Positions 1-10,671 of a stretch of DNA of 64,000 nucleotides are shown here, in pieces. Location: NCBI RefSeq assembly GCF_000142905.1, contig NW_013657647.1, positions 241,828 through 305,827 on the forward strand, read 5' to 3'. Position 1 is the first letter of the stretch. The number at the start of each line of letters is the position of its first letter. Both the position numbers and the translations under genes were made by a program. This DNA is from Thecamonas trahens ATCC 50062 (Eukaryota; Protista; Apusomonadida). Under the pieces are notes generated by a model. It did no database searches and was not told where the DNA came from. It worked only from the letters and a program-made list of their open reading frames with translations.

Positions 1-1206
1 CCTCCTCGTCTCGGACTCGTTCGCCGTCACTCTCATCACCGAGTCCGTCATCCACCCGGTCAAGCGCGCCATCTTCTCCTCCTTTATCCTCGTCTCGGGC
101 CCGCTCCTCCTCGCCTACTTTTACCTCGAGCTCCACGGCATGCTCCTCGACAAGCCGCTCCTCGGCCGCGAGAACGTGCTCTGCGGCATCCTCGCCCTCT
201 TCTCGCTCTTTTGCATTGATATCAACGAGACCTCCATGCACCGCTACTTCCGCGATCGCATTTCGCGCGCCTTCCTCATCACCCTTCGCGCCCCAGCCGC
301 GCTCGACGACGCCGCCGCCGCCTCGGCCAGCGAGCCTGCACCCGGCGACCACCGCCGCCCGCACCCCAACCAAAAACTCCAGGTCGCCCTGTTTGGCCAG
401 ACCAAGCTCTCGCAGATCAACACCCACAACCTCGCGCCGTACTCGATCATCAACGCCACCCTCAACCTCGACCGCGACTCGCTCGACACCCTCGGCGGAC
501 CAGGCTCGGACTTTTTCGTCTTTACCAAAGAGTACGTCGGCGCCGCCGCCGTCGGCTACCGCGAGACCCGAGTCATGGAAAAGGCCGACCGCAACCTGGA
601 CCTCGCCACCGCCGTCTCCATCTCGGGTGCCGCCATGGCCCCGCACATGGGCACCTCCACCATCGAATCGCTCGTCCTCTCGCTCGGCGTCCTCAACATC
701 CGCCTCGGCTACTGGCTGCCCAACCCGAGCTCGGTCATCCTCGGCTCGACCGTCCTCTCCCGCTTCTTCTACGGCTTTGCCTGGTACATGCTGATGAAGG
801 AGTTTGGCTGGCCGCGCATGAAGCGCACAGACTACCGCCTCAACCTCTCCGACGGCGGCCACCTCGAGAACACCGCCACATTTGAGCTCCTCCGTCGCCG
901 CTGCAAGTACGTCATCACCAGCGACGCCGAGGCCGACCCCAACTACTCGTTCAACGGCCTCGCCACCCTCGTTCGCCTCGCCCGCGTCGACTTTGGCTGC
1001 ACCATCCAGATCCCGCTCGACGCCCTCACCCCCAAGCCCGACCCGGTCACCGGCGCCCTCCGCTCCGCCCGCCACTGGGCCATCGGCCGCATCATCTACC
1101 ACAAGGACGCGACAGAGCTCGACTCTGAGTCTGCCTCGCCCTCTACCGACCACACGCCGCCGCCATCGCCAACGCGCCCTCGCCGCTCTACCCGCGCCGC
1201 CGCCGC

Positions 1207-1259
<53 letters not shown>

Positions 1260-1663
1260 CCAACTCAAGCCCGCCCTCGAGCCCGCCGCCGGGCGAGGTT
1301 GGCTACCTCCTCTACATCAAGTCGAGCCTCATCGGTGACGAGGACGTCATCGTGACCGAGTACAAGTCGCAGTCGCCGACCTTTCCGCACGAGTCGACCG
1401 GCGACCAGTTCTTCTCCGACGCCCAGTTTGAGGCCTACCGCTCGCTCGGGTACTCGTCGGCCAAGTCGCTGTTTGGCACCAAGCTCGATCCGCGGTTTGA
1501 CGGCTCGGACCTCCAGTCGTTCTTTGCCTCGCTGTACGCCGAGCAGATGGCCGGAACCCCGCTGCCAGAGCCGTGGGTCGAGCGGGTGGATGCTGCCACG
1601 GGCATGGTGTACTTTGAGACTTCCGACGGCTCGCTCAAGACCTGGTCGGATCCACGCCAGTAG
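1..1663 (+). CDS. Patatin/cPLA2-like membrane phospholipase (bacterial type) with C-terminal WW domain; 5' end outside window
   Basis: Frame is open from position 2. Motifs LSDGGHLEN, ELLRRRCKYVITSDAEADP and FPHESTGDQFFSDAQFEAYR; terminal LPEPWVERVD..GMVYF...TWSDPR is a WW domain. Poly-Ala from (GCC/GCT)n at about 1195-1258. Confidence 0.8.
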
Positions 1664-1693
1664 AGTGCGGTGTTCGCTTGTTTACGCGGCCCT

Positions 1694-4450
1694 TCAAATC
1701 TGCCACGTCCGCAGCGGCGTGCCATATAAATCACCCTCTCGACTAAACTCGATCTTGGCCACGCCGCCGTACTCGGGCCGATGCAGCGGCGAGAGCTCGC
1801 GGTCGATTTGAGCCCGGACTTCCGACGCAACGTGGGCGGCGAGCTGGTCCAGGTCGAGCGAGGAGACCATGGCAGCCTTGTAGAAGCGGTTCGAGTGCCG
1901 CCGGCCAAGGCACTTGCCGGGCGTCAGGTGCCAGTTGAAAAAGTAGTGCTGCCCGACCTCGTCCGGCGGCTGCTCGACCGTCATCTCCCAGGTGAGCCCG
2001 TTGGTTGGACCCCAGATCTGGTTGAGAAGCGCGGCGCCCGAGACACCGACGAGAACGTCGATCTCGCTCCCGATGCGAATGGCGTCCGAGAAGCCAGCAA
2101 TGTCGCCCGAGCCAAAGTCGATGACGGCGACATCGGTGATGCCAAACTCGGGCTCGAGCACCTTTCGCAGCGCGTCGACAAAGCCCTGCGCGGACCCGGC
2201 AAAGCACCGGTTCGGCGACTTGGCGCACGTCCGCTCGGCGACTCGGACGCGGAGCTTACTCGGCGTCGCCCACGGCGCGAGCCGGCCCGGGTCGACACCG
2301 GCCCGCATCATGGACCAGTGGCGGAACTGCGCGAGGTTGCGGCAGCGGTGGAGTGACGTCCGCGGCGGGCACGTCGCTGCGCACGCGTGGTTGTTCTCGT
2401 AGTTGTCGTGCCGGTGGTCGTAAAGGCCAAACGAGGTGTGCGCCCCGCCCCAGTTGACCACCAGCGACTTTTGCCCGCACACCAACCGCTCCGGGTACCG
2501 CGGCACGCCGTCAACGAGCACGCCCGGAACCGAGCCGACCGACCGCCCGCGGCCGAGGACAAAGTCCCAGATCGGCTCGGTAAGGCCGCCGAACGGCGCC
2601 GCCGGGAAAACAGACTTGCGGTACTTGCGCTCGTAGGCCGCAGCGTCGCCATGCTTGTCCGGTGAGTCGGTGGCCGGCAGCATCGAGCCACCGCCGCCGG
2701 CCTCAAAGTTGTTCCACATTTCGATGTGCAGGATCGAGTCGGCCGCAGACTCGTCGCCCACAAACTCGCCGTGGGCCACGTCGACGAGGCCAAGACGGAC
2801 TGCAGTGAGCCACATCGGAAAGTAACCGTCGAGGATGGCGTGGTATGGCGAGGCTGCGACCGTGTTGGAAAGTCGGCGTGGGCCGACACGTGTGCGAGAC
2901 TCACCACCCCGTTGTGGATGTCGAGGAGCGAGGTGGAGCTCACCGCGCTGCCGCGCGCGAGGACTTCGGGCGAGACCTCGACGTACCAGCGCCTCACAGG
3001 GAGCGCAAAATCAAACAGATTGCGCGGCGTCTGCTTCTCCAGGTAGTAGTCGGCGACGGCGGCGGCCTCCTCCGACCCAACGTAGAGCGTGGCCACCGCG
3101 CCCGAGTATGAGAAGCACGCCGGGCCGGGTAGGAGAATCGACTGGCACGTTCCATTCATCTCGATCCAGTCCGGGTCGCTCCACAGGCAGACCGGCGGGT
3201 CGTCGGCTTGCGGCACGCGGGCCGCCGACTGAGCTGCGCCCATCACCCGCACCACGTCGTACTGCGCGTCACGCCGGAGAGTGCAGCCCAAGGCGGCCTC
3301 GGGTGCCTCGTCCGGGTGCCAGGCCGCGTAGTGGTGGTTGACGCGCCGGTCCGGATCACCGCCGTACCGGTTATGCTCATACTCGGGGTCGAGGTAGTAC
3401 AGCGCGTCGACCGGGTAGTGCTCCGAGTCGGAGGTAAAGGCGGCGGTCGGCCGGCGCATCCGCGCCACAAGCATCCGGTCCCATGCGAGGAACTTGGCGT
3501 AGCGCTCGTAGAGCACCGCCCACGCCGTGTCGCTCGCCACTGGCATCCCCACGGTCTCGTCGAGAACCAGCGCCGTGTACGGCAACGCCACAGTTCGCGA
3601 GAAGAGCGTCTCGATGAGAAGCCGGGCCTGGTCGGCCGTGGCTGCGCCAAACGCAACAAGTTCGGCAGGGAGAACGCCGGCGGAGGCAAGATGCGCAGCC
3701 AGGTCGAGGCTACCCTGGTTGATGCGGAACGAGACCAGTCCCGGGAGCCGCATGGCTGGCAAGCCACGGACAACGTCGCCTGGTTCGGTCAGCGTCAGCG
3801 TCGCCTCAACAAAGCACCTGCCGATCACGGTCTTCTTCGGCACGTTGACCGTGGCGTCGCGGCGGAGGGTGACAAAGACCGACGCGACTTGCAAGCCGCC
3901 GATGAGGGTCTCTGATGAGCCGAGCGCGTAGAGCGCATCGACGGTAGCGGCCAGGGCTTGTGGCGAGTGCTGCGATGCGTCAATCTCGACCACATACGCA
4001 ATGCTCAGCGTCCGACGATCTATCTTGACCAGATTCTTGTGAACCAGCCAGTCTGTAGTGTACGGCTCGCACAGCGCAGGCGTCTCTCTGCACCAAGCCC
4101 TTGCCAGCTCGATGCATGTCCGGAACGAGTTGAGATCGCCATGCGCCGCCGGACCATCCGGCTCCCCGATGGGAAGAATAAACACACCACCATGCCCTGC
4201 CGCCGCCTTCTTAGCCCCCGCCACAAACCGCTTGGTCAGCCACTCTGTCGACAAGACCGAGCCCGAGTCCGAGTCAGGGGCCGAGCCCGAGTCCGCGTCC
4301 GACCTCTGGCCCGTACTCGGACTCGGACTCGGACTCATCGTCTTGGCATCACCAGGCTCACACATGGAGCAATAAGGCGGGAGTGTTGATGGCGGCTTTG
4401 ATCCGAACAGCATCGATGACGATGATGACGACGATGACGACGATGACGAC

Positions 4451-4482
<32 letters not shown>

Positions 4483-4638
4483 GATGATGTCCATGAGCTT
4501 GACGATTCTCTCTGACTTGTACGCACCGCCTGCTTCGAGCAGAGGGGTGAGAAGGGCAACAACCAGATAAGCAACAAGTGTGACAGATACTACACGTCGG
4601 AGTCCTCGCCGGGGAAGACGAGGTTGGGTCATGGTCAT
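1694..4638 (-). CDS. Type II membrane glycosyltransferase, GT61-like, with apparent frameshift near 2870
   Basis: N-terminal signal anchor (RRVVSVTLVAYLVVALL) and Ser-rich stem. GT61-like SPYHAILDGYFPMW and IDVLVGVSGAALLNQIW..GLTWEM lie in a second frame. The frames join at GAC TTT (T)CC AAC if one T is added. Confidence 0.7.
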
Positions 4639-4733
4639 GGGTGGGGGGGAGGGGAGGGGGGGGAGGGGGGGTGGAAGGGGGGGGAGGAGTGGTGGATCGG
4701 TTTTGGCTGACAGAGCGGGAAAACAAAGCGGTG

Positions 4734-5306
4734 NNNNNNNNNNNNNNNNNNNNNNNNNNNNNNNNNNNNNNNNNNNNNNNNNNNNNNNNNNNNNNNNNNN
4801 NNNNNNNNNNNNNNNNNNNNNNNNNNNNNNNNNNNNNNNNNNNNNNNNNNNNNNNNNNNNNNNNNNNNNNNNNNNNNNNNNNNNNNNNNNNNNNNNNNNN
4901 NNNNNNNNNNNNNNNNNNNNNNNNNNNNNNNNNNNNNNNNNNNNNNNNNNNNNNNNNNNNNNNNNNNNNNNNNNNNNNNNNNNNNNNNNNNNNNNNNNNN
5001 NNNNNNNNNNNNNNNNNNNNNNNNNNNNNNNNNNNNNNNNNNNNNNNNNNNNNNNNNNNNNNNNNNNNNNNNNNNNNNNNNNNNNNNNNNNNNNNNNNNN
5101 NNNNNNNNNNNNNNNNNNNNNNNNNNNNNNNNNNNNNNNNNNNNNNNNNNNNNNNNNNNNNNNNNNNNNNNNNNNNNNNNNNNNNNNNNNNNNNNNNNNN
5201 NNNNNNNNNNNNNNNNNNNNNNNNNNNNNNNNNNNNNNNNNNNNNNNNNNNNNNNNNNNNNNNNNNNNNNNNNNNNNNNNNNNNNNNNNNNNNNNNNNNN
5301 NNNNNN
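4734..5306. other. Assembly gap (others at 23934-24202, 33929-34261, 37427-37529, 46621-46720, 61094-61193)
   Basis: N runs, mostly flanked by poly-G/poly-C or repeats. Confidence 0.99.
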
Positions 5307-5550
5307 TGCCCCCGGAGTGGCAGGAACATGCGCGGGGGATTGGGAGAAGGGGGAGATGGGTGGATGAGGGGGGAGGGAGGGGGGAGGGGAGTTTATGTGT
5401 GTGATCTTGGGGTTGATGGGGGGGAGGGGGAGGGGAGGGGGGAGAGAGGGAGAGGATGATGGTTGTTGTGGGTACGCTGCGGTGGTGGGCTTGTGGAATG
5501 ATGATGATGAGAGACATGCTCTTGGTGTAGTGGATGTGGAAGGTGCGTGT

Positions 5551-6111
5551 CTGCACCCACGACATACCACCGCTCATGATCACGATGATGACGATCAGAC
5601 CATGTGATGCTGCGATAAAGGCGGTGATGAGCCAGCACTCTCCCCTCCAGACTCGCCCCTCCCCGAGCCACACCACATCAAGCACCACTGCACTGCACCC
5701 ACGACATACCACCCATGATCACGATGATGACGATCAGACCATGTGATGCTGCGATAAAGGCGGTGATGAGCCAGCATCTCCCCTCCAGATGCCCCTCCCC
5801 CCCAGCCACAGCCACATCAAGCACCACTGCACTGCACCCACGACATACCACCCATGATCACGATGATGACGATCAGACCATGTGATGCTGCGATAAAGGC
5901 GGTGATGAGCCAGCATCTCCCCTCCAGATGCCCCTCCCCCCCAGCCACAGCCACATCAAGCACCACTGCACTGCACCCACGACATACCACCCATGATCAC
6001 GATGATGACGATCAGACCATGTGATGCTGCGATAAAGGCGGTGATGAGCCAGCATCTCCCCTCCAGATGCCCCTCCCCCCAGCCACAGCCACACCAAGCA
6101 CCACTGCACTG

Positions 6112-6115
<4 letters not shown>
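5551..6115. repeat. About 139-bp tandem repeat, 4 copies, ending in (CA)n
   Basis: Unit ctgcacccacgacatacc...catgatcacgatgatgacgatcagaccatg...agcaccactgca recurs at about 5551, 5693, 5832 and 5971. Confidence 0.95.
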
Positions 6116-6142
<27 letters not shown>

Positions 6143-6180
6143 CACCTCCATCCCCGGCCACAGCAACAGGCACAGCCACA

Positions 6181-8281
6181 ATGGGCGGAGAATGGTGGGA
6201 GTCTTCTGCCGAGTACACCTTCACTGACAGAGTCATTCTTGTGTTCATGATCTGTATGTAGGGGGGGGAGGGGGGGGGGGGGAGGGGAGTGGCACGGGTC
6301 GGGCGGGAGGGACACAGGTTATGCGGTCGGGGATATGGAAGGTGACCTGGTGGGGGGTATAGAGAAAGAATGAGCTTGGGAAAAGTTGTCAAGGGGGTGA
6401 AGGGATATTGTTTATATGGAATGGGCTTGTGAGGTATGGGGAGGGTGCATGGGTTTTACCCATTGTAGCCCAGGTCTGGTGCCTGTCATGTCGCCCAAAG
6501 TGGAGCTGACTACTTGTTCTGTTGGGGGCGACGAGATCGGGGGTGCGGGGAGGTGCGCGGGGGAGGGTTACTCATCATCGATTGGGCATGGGGGCTGGGG
6601 TCGGGTATGGCATAGGTGCTGCGGTCATCTTTGAGTCGGTTCATCATATCATCGAGCATGTACGGTGTTAATGGCTGTGTGGTGGTGAGGGAGACGGAGA
6701 TCGAGCCGGAGATCGAGACGGAGATTCGGAGATGGTGATGGTGTGAGGGAGATGGTGATGGTGTGAGGGAGATGGTCCCAGGGAGACGATCAGAGGCGAG
6801 CCGAGGAGGGAGGGGCGAGGGGGGGGGGGCAAGCTGCGCCTAACTGGCTGCGCTGCCACTCGTTTTGCAATGGCATCAACCACACTCACGCTCATGCTCA
6901 CGCTCTCGCACACACGCAGCGCATCCTCAAAAAGGGCAAGAACTCGTTCTACGTCAAGCTATGGGCCCGCCTCAACTCGGAGTTTATGGTCCTCGGCTTT
7001 GTGGCCTTTGTGGTGTGGCTCATGGCGCGGACAGGCGTCATCTCGCGGGCGGTCTCCAAGTCATCGCCCGGCGATCTCGGCCCGTACAAGGGCGCTGATC
7101 TGCTGCACATCTTAGAGGACACTCATATGCGCCTCTTCCTCACCATGTGCTTGTACTTTATTGTCATGGTCGTCATTGTCGGCACCGCGGAGCGATACAT
7201 GCGCGGCTGGGCCTTTGCCCAGGAGAACATCATCCTCCGTTCGTCGGAGTCGAACACTCACGTCTCGCACAAGGTTGCCGACGAGTTCAAGGCGGTGTGG
7301 GCCAAGTTCCAGACCCACCTCTTTGAGCACCGCGACGAGCTCGCCGCCGCAAATGATGGCTCACCCATCGCCACCGACAAGCTCGAGAACTTCAACATGG
7401 CCGCCTACCTCATCCGCTCGTTTGAGGAGATCCTTATCGAACTCGTCCACGTCAAGGTCTACACCTGGGCCGGCACCGCCGCCATTGCCCTCATCATCGG
7501 CCTCACCTCGGGCTTTTCGCCGCTCTCGGAGAACGGCGAGCTCATCAAGATCATCCTCATCCAGGCCGGCATCTTCACCATTATCCTCTGCCAGTGGGCC
7601 TTTGTCGTCTTCCTCTACCGCAAGACGGTCTCGCCCGGCCGCGCCTGGATCGACACTCCTTGGATCGTCCGCCTCGGTGCCTTCTCCATCGAGGTCATCA
7701 TGACCCGCGTCCTCCAGATCGGCCTCTTCTACTGCTGCTACACTCTCGTGTACCTCTGCTCGGCCCCGACGATGAACAACAAGATGAAGAAGAACCTCAT
7801 CGTCACCCTTCCCATCTTTCTTCTCGGCTACGTCACCACCTTTGTCGCCGTCATGTTCTGGGTAGTCCCTTTTCTCCTCGCCAAGTTCAACCTTGTCTTC
7901 CGCTGCCCACCCTTTATCGACCGCCACGAGCTCCACACCATCGTCAAGGTCATCAACCAGCACTACCACGTCGACTTTTTCCCGCGCCTCCACCCGCGGG
8001 CCGCCGAGCACGACGCCATGCACGCGAGCCACGCCAAGCACGCCGGCGACGTCACCATCTCGCGCTCACTCATCCGCAAGCTCCTTGTCTGCCTCGAAGT
8101 CGAGTCCTCAGTCTCCTACTCGGCCTCAGGCTACTCGGACGAGGACGAGGAGCGCCATGAGCTCGTGCGTCTTGCACACGCCGAGCTGGCCGCCGCAGAC
8201 GCCGCAGCCCGCAACTCGGCTACCGCACGCGTCGTTCACCTCGGCTCGTCCGGCCTCTCCGACGGCTACGACTCGCCGTGA
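6181..8281 (+). CDS. MLO-like multi-pass membrane protein; exons 6181-6253, 6616-6659, 6920-8281
   Basis: GT-AG introns join in frame: MGGEWW..RVILVFMI-C-AAVIFESVHHIIEH-RILKKGK..LNSEFMVLGFVAF. The loop motif FNMAAYLIRSFEEILIELVHVKVYTW resembles MLO F.F.KY..RS.E.DF..VVGIS...W. About 7 TM segments. Confidence 0.75.
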
Positions 8282-10263
8282 GGCTGCACAACCGCCCCGG
8301 CTTCGATGAGCTGAGCGCTCAGCTCGTCAGCCCGCCCAAACTGGTACCGGTCGCGGGCCCGCCGGAAGAACTTGGCGCAGTCGATGTGCGCCCGAAGTCG
8401 GCCCACAAGCAAGAACGTGCCGGCCATCTTGCGGTGGAGCGAATACGTCTCGTTGGGCGGCGGCGTGAGTCGGTACTTCAGCATGTCCGGCACCATCGAG
8501 TTGATCTCGCGGGTCATGACCTGGTTGTAAAAGTCGAACGCGCCCTGGATAGCGAAAGGCTCGCCGAGCCGCAGCACCGCCTCGGCCTGGATGTCCACCA
8601 TCCGCTGCGTCTCATCGCCGGTGAGAAAGCCGAGCTCGCGCGAGTAGTGCACCACCCCCTCGCGATCACGCTCGGCAGACGCCGCCACCACACGCAGGTA
8701 GTCATCCACAAACGACCGCTTGAAGAACCGGCACGCGCCAAAGTCCACAAGCCCGATCTTGCCGCTCTCACGGTCGTAGAGAAAGTTGGCAAAGTTCGGG
8801 TCCGTCTGCATAAACGACCAGTCAAAGAGCTCGTGGAGGCAGAGGTCCAGCAGCCGCTCAGAAATCGAGTTGCGCACCTCCTGGCTCTCCGCCACCGTCG
8901 TCTCCAGCGGATCGCCAGGCAACCGCGTCGCGGTCAGGACCCGCGACGACGAGAGGCCCGGCACTACCTGAGGCACCACAAACCCGCCAGCGAGCGCTGG
9001 CGACGCCTCGAGAAACTCCGCGTAACGGGTCATCGCCTGCGCCTCTCGCACATAGTCGGTCTCCCACCCGAGCTCCCGCCGTGCAACGTCGATCGTGTTC
9101 TCCAGGAACAGACCCTTCGGCAGCAGGTTGCTCATCAGCAACAGCCGCGACAGATTCCACAGGTCTGAGTCAATCGAGTCGGCAATGCCCGGGTACTGCA
9201 CCTTGATTACCACCTCGCGCCCATCCTTCAACTGAGCAGCGTGGACTTGCCCGATCGACGCCGCCGCCATCGGCTCCGGGTCAAACTCGGCAAGCTGCGC
9301 ATCCCACCCAGACCCGAGCTCGCTCTGCAGCACCTCAGTCATCTGCTCACCAGGCATCAGGTCCGCGCCCTGCCGCACTCGCTCCAGTGCCCCAGCAATC
9401 TCAGGCGGCAGCAGCGCCTCGTCCTGGATCGACACCATTTGACCGAGCTTCAGTGCCGCACCACGCATCTTGCACAGCGCGTCGGCAATACGCTCCGCAT
9501 TCGCCGCCGACAGCACCGACCCGCTCTTTTCCTCGCTCCCGCCGCCAAACCACGACCCAACTTTGTCCGCCATCACTGACGCGCCCACGCTCGCCGTCAG
9601 CGAGCCAAACTGCCACATCCGTCCGATCTTGGACGACGGCACCCGAGTCTCCCTTGACCGCGACGTGTACCGCTTCCGCTCCGCCGGCGCAACGTCCACC
9701 GCAGACGACTTTGCATCGGTCGATGCAGCGGCTGATGCAGTTTTGTCTGCGCCATCAGCCGATGATGCCGCACCAGTAAAGGACGTCGTCGGCAAGGAGG
9801 CGGAGGATGAAGAGGAGGGGGTCGCGGTCGAGGCGATTGAGGTCGATGTGGTCGGTGGCGACGATGCGGACGATGCGGTCGATGGCGACGATGCGGTCGA
9901 TGGCGACGATGCAGACGACGCGGTGGATGGCGACAATGCGGTCGATGCGGTTGATGGCGACGATGCGGAGTGATCATGGACATCAAGCGGGTTCTCTGTA
10001 GGATGGTAGGCAAGGACATGTCCCTGAGTCTCGCAGGTAGCATGGGTAACCCGACCGGAACCTCCAGCAATGGCATCTGCAGCACGGCGAGCTACTGATA
10101 CAGATGCTGTGGCAATGGATGTGCCGAGTGCCTTGGATGCGGCTGACGCGGCAGAGAGTGAGGCACTGGCTTGAGCAACTCCCGGCTTGCTTGCCGCACA
10201 AGCAATCATCTGTGCTCCACGTGCAACTCGTAGCACGTCAAGCATGCGGTTGGCCCCAGACAT
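8266..10263 (-). CDS. COQ8: COQ8/ABC1 (ADCK3/4) atypical kinase, mitochondrial
   Basis: MRGAALKLGQ, AAASIGQVH, KVQYPG, MQTDPNFAN, DFGA and PPPNETYSLHRK motifs. Start taken at MSGANR. Confidence 0.93.
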   Translation of the reverse strand: MSGANRMLDVLRVARGAQMIACAASKPGVAQASASLSAASAASKALGTSIATASVSVARRAADAIAGGSGRVTHATCETQGHVLAYHPTENPLDVHDHSASSPSTASTALSPSTASSASSPSTASSPSTASSASSPPTTSTSIASTATPSSSSSASLPTTSFTGAASSADGADKTASAAASTDAKSSAVDVAPAERKRYTSRSRETRVPSSKIGRMWQFGSLTASVGASVMADKVGSWFGGGSEEKSGSVLSAANAERIADALCKMRGAALKLGQMVSIQDEALLPPEIAGALERVRQGADLMPGEQMTEVLQSELGSGWDAQLAEFDPEPMAAASIGQVHAAQLKDGREVVIKVQYPGIADSIDSDLWNLSRLLLMSNLLPKGLFLENTIDVARRELGWETDYVREAQAMTRYAEFLEASPALAGGFVVPQVVPGLSSSRVLTATRLPGDPLETTVAESQEVRNSISERLLDLCLHELFDWSFMQTDPNFANFLYDRESGKIGLVDFGACRFFKRSFVDDYLRVVAASAERDREGVVHYSRELGFLTGDETQRMVDIQAEAVLRLGEPFAIQGAFDFYNQVMTREINSMVPDMLKYRLTPPPNETYSLHRKMAGTFLLVGRLRAHIDCAKFFRRARDRYQFGRADELSAQLIEAGAVVQPHGES

Positions 10264-10318
10264 GACTGAGACACTGGTCTGAGTGAAGTGCTGCTCGTCG
10301 TTGGCGGTGGCGGTGCCT

Positions 10319-10603
10319 GGCGGTGGCTGAGTGTGGCCGGAGGGGGTGACAGGGGCGGACGGGCGACGGGCGACGGGCGGTGGATGACGAAAGCCCGGGG
10401 TGGCGGTCAGGTCATCTGGAGCAGATCGGATGGATGGATGGATGGATCGGGCGGATCGGGCTGGTTTGGTCAAGACTGATGTGGGTGGGGGGAGGGGGGG
10501 GGAGGGGGGGGGGCGGTGGCTGAGTGTGGCCGGAGGGGGTGGCAGGGGCGGACGGGCAACGGGCGACAGGCGGTGGATGACGAAAGCCCGGGGTGGCGGT
10601 CAG
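10319..10603. repeat. About 90-bp direct duplication (about 10319-10410 and 10512-10603)
   Basis: ggcggtggctgagtgtggccggaggggg...gatgacgaaagcccggggtggcggtcag occurs twice with few mismatches. Confidence 0.85.
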
Positions 10604-10671
10604 CTGGGGCAGATCAGGGGGAGGAGGGATGTATGAGGTATGTAGATAGTGTTATTCCGGCAAGATTGTCG

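Noticed and set aside
2853-2903. GTGAGT..CAG intron as the cause of the glycosyltransferase frame change
   Set aside because: It is 51 nt long, so it preserves the frame.
5500-6913. Multi-exon minus-strand gene assembled from short ORFs
   Set aside because: It gives no recognisable product, and the plus-strand exons of the MLO-like gene explain the region better.
10319-10410. Hammerhead ribozyme (gatgacgaaa)
   Set aside because: Lacks the CUGAnGA core with correctly placed stems.
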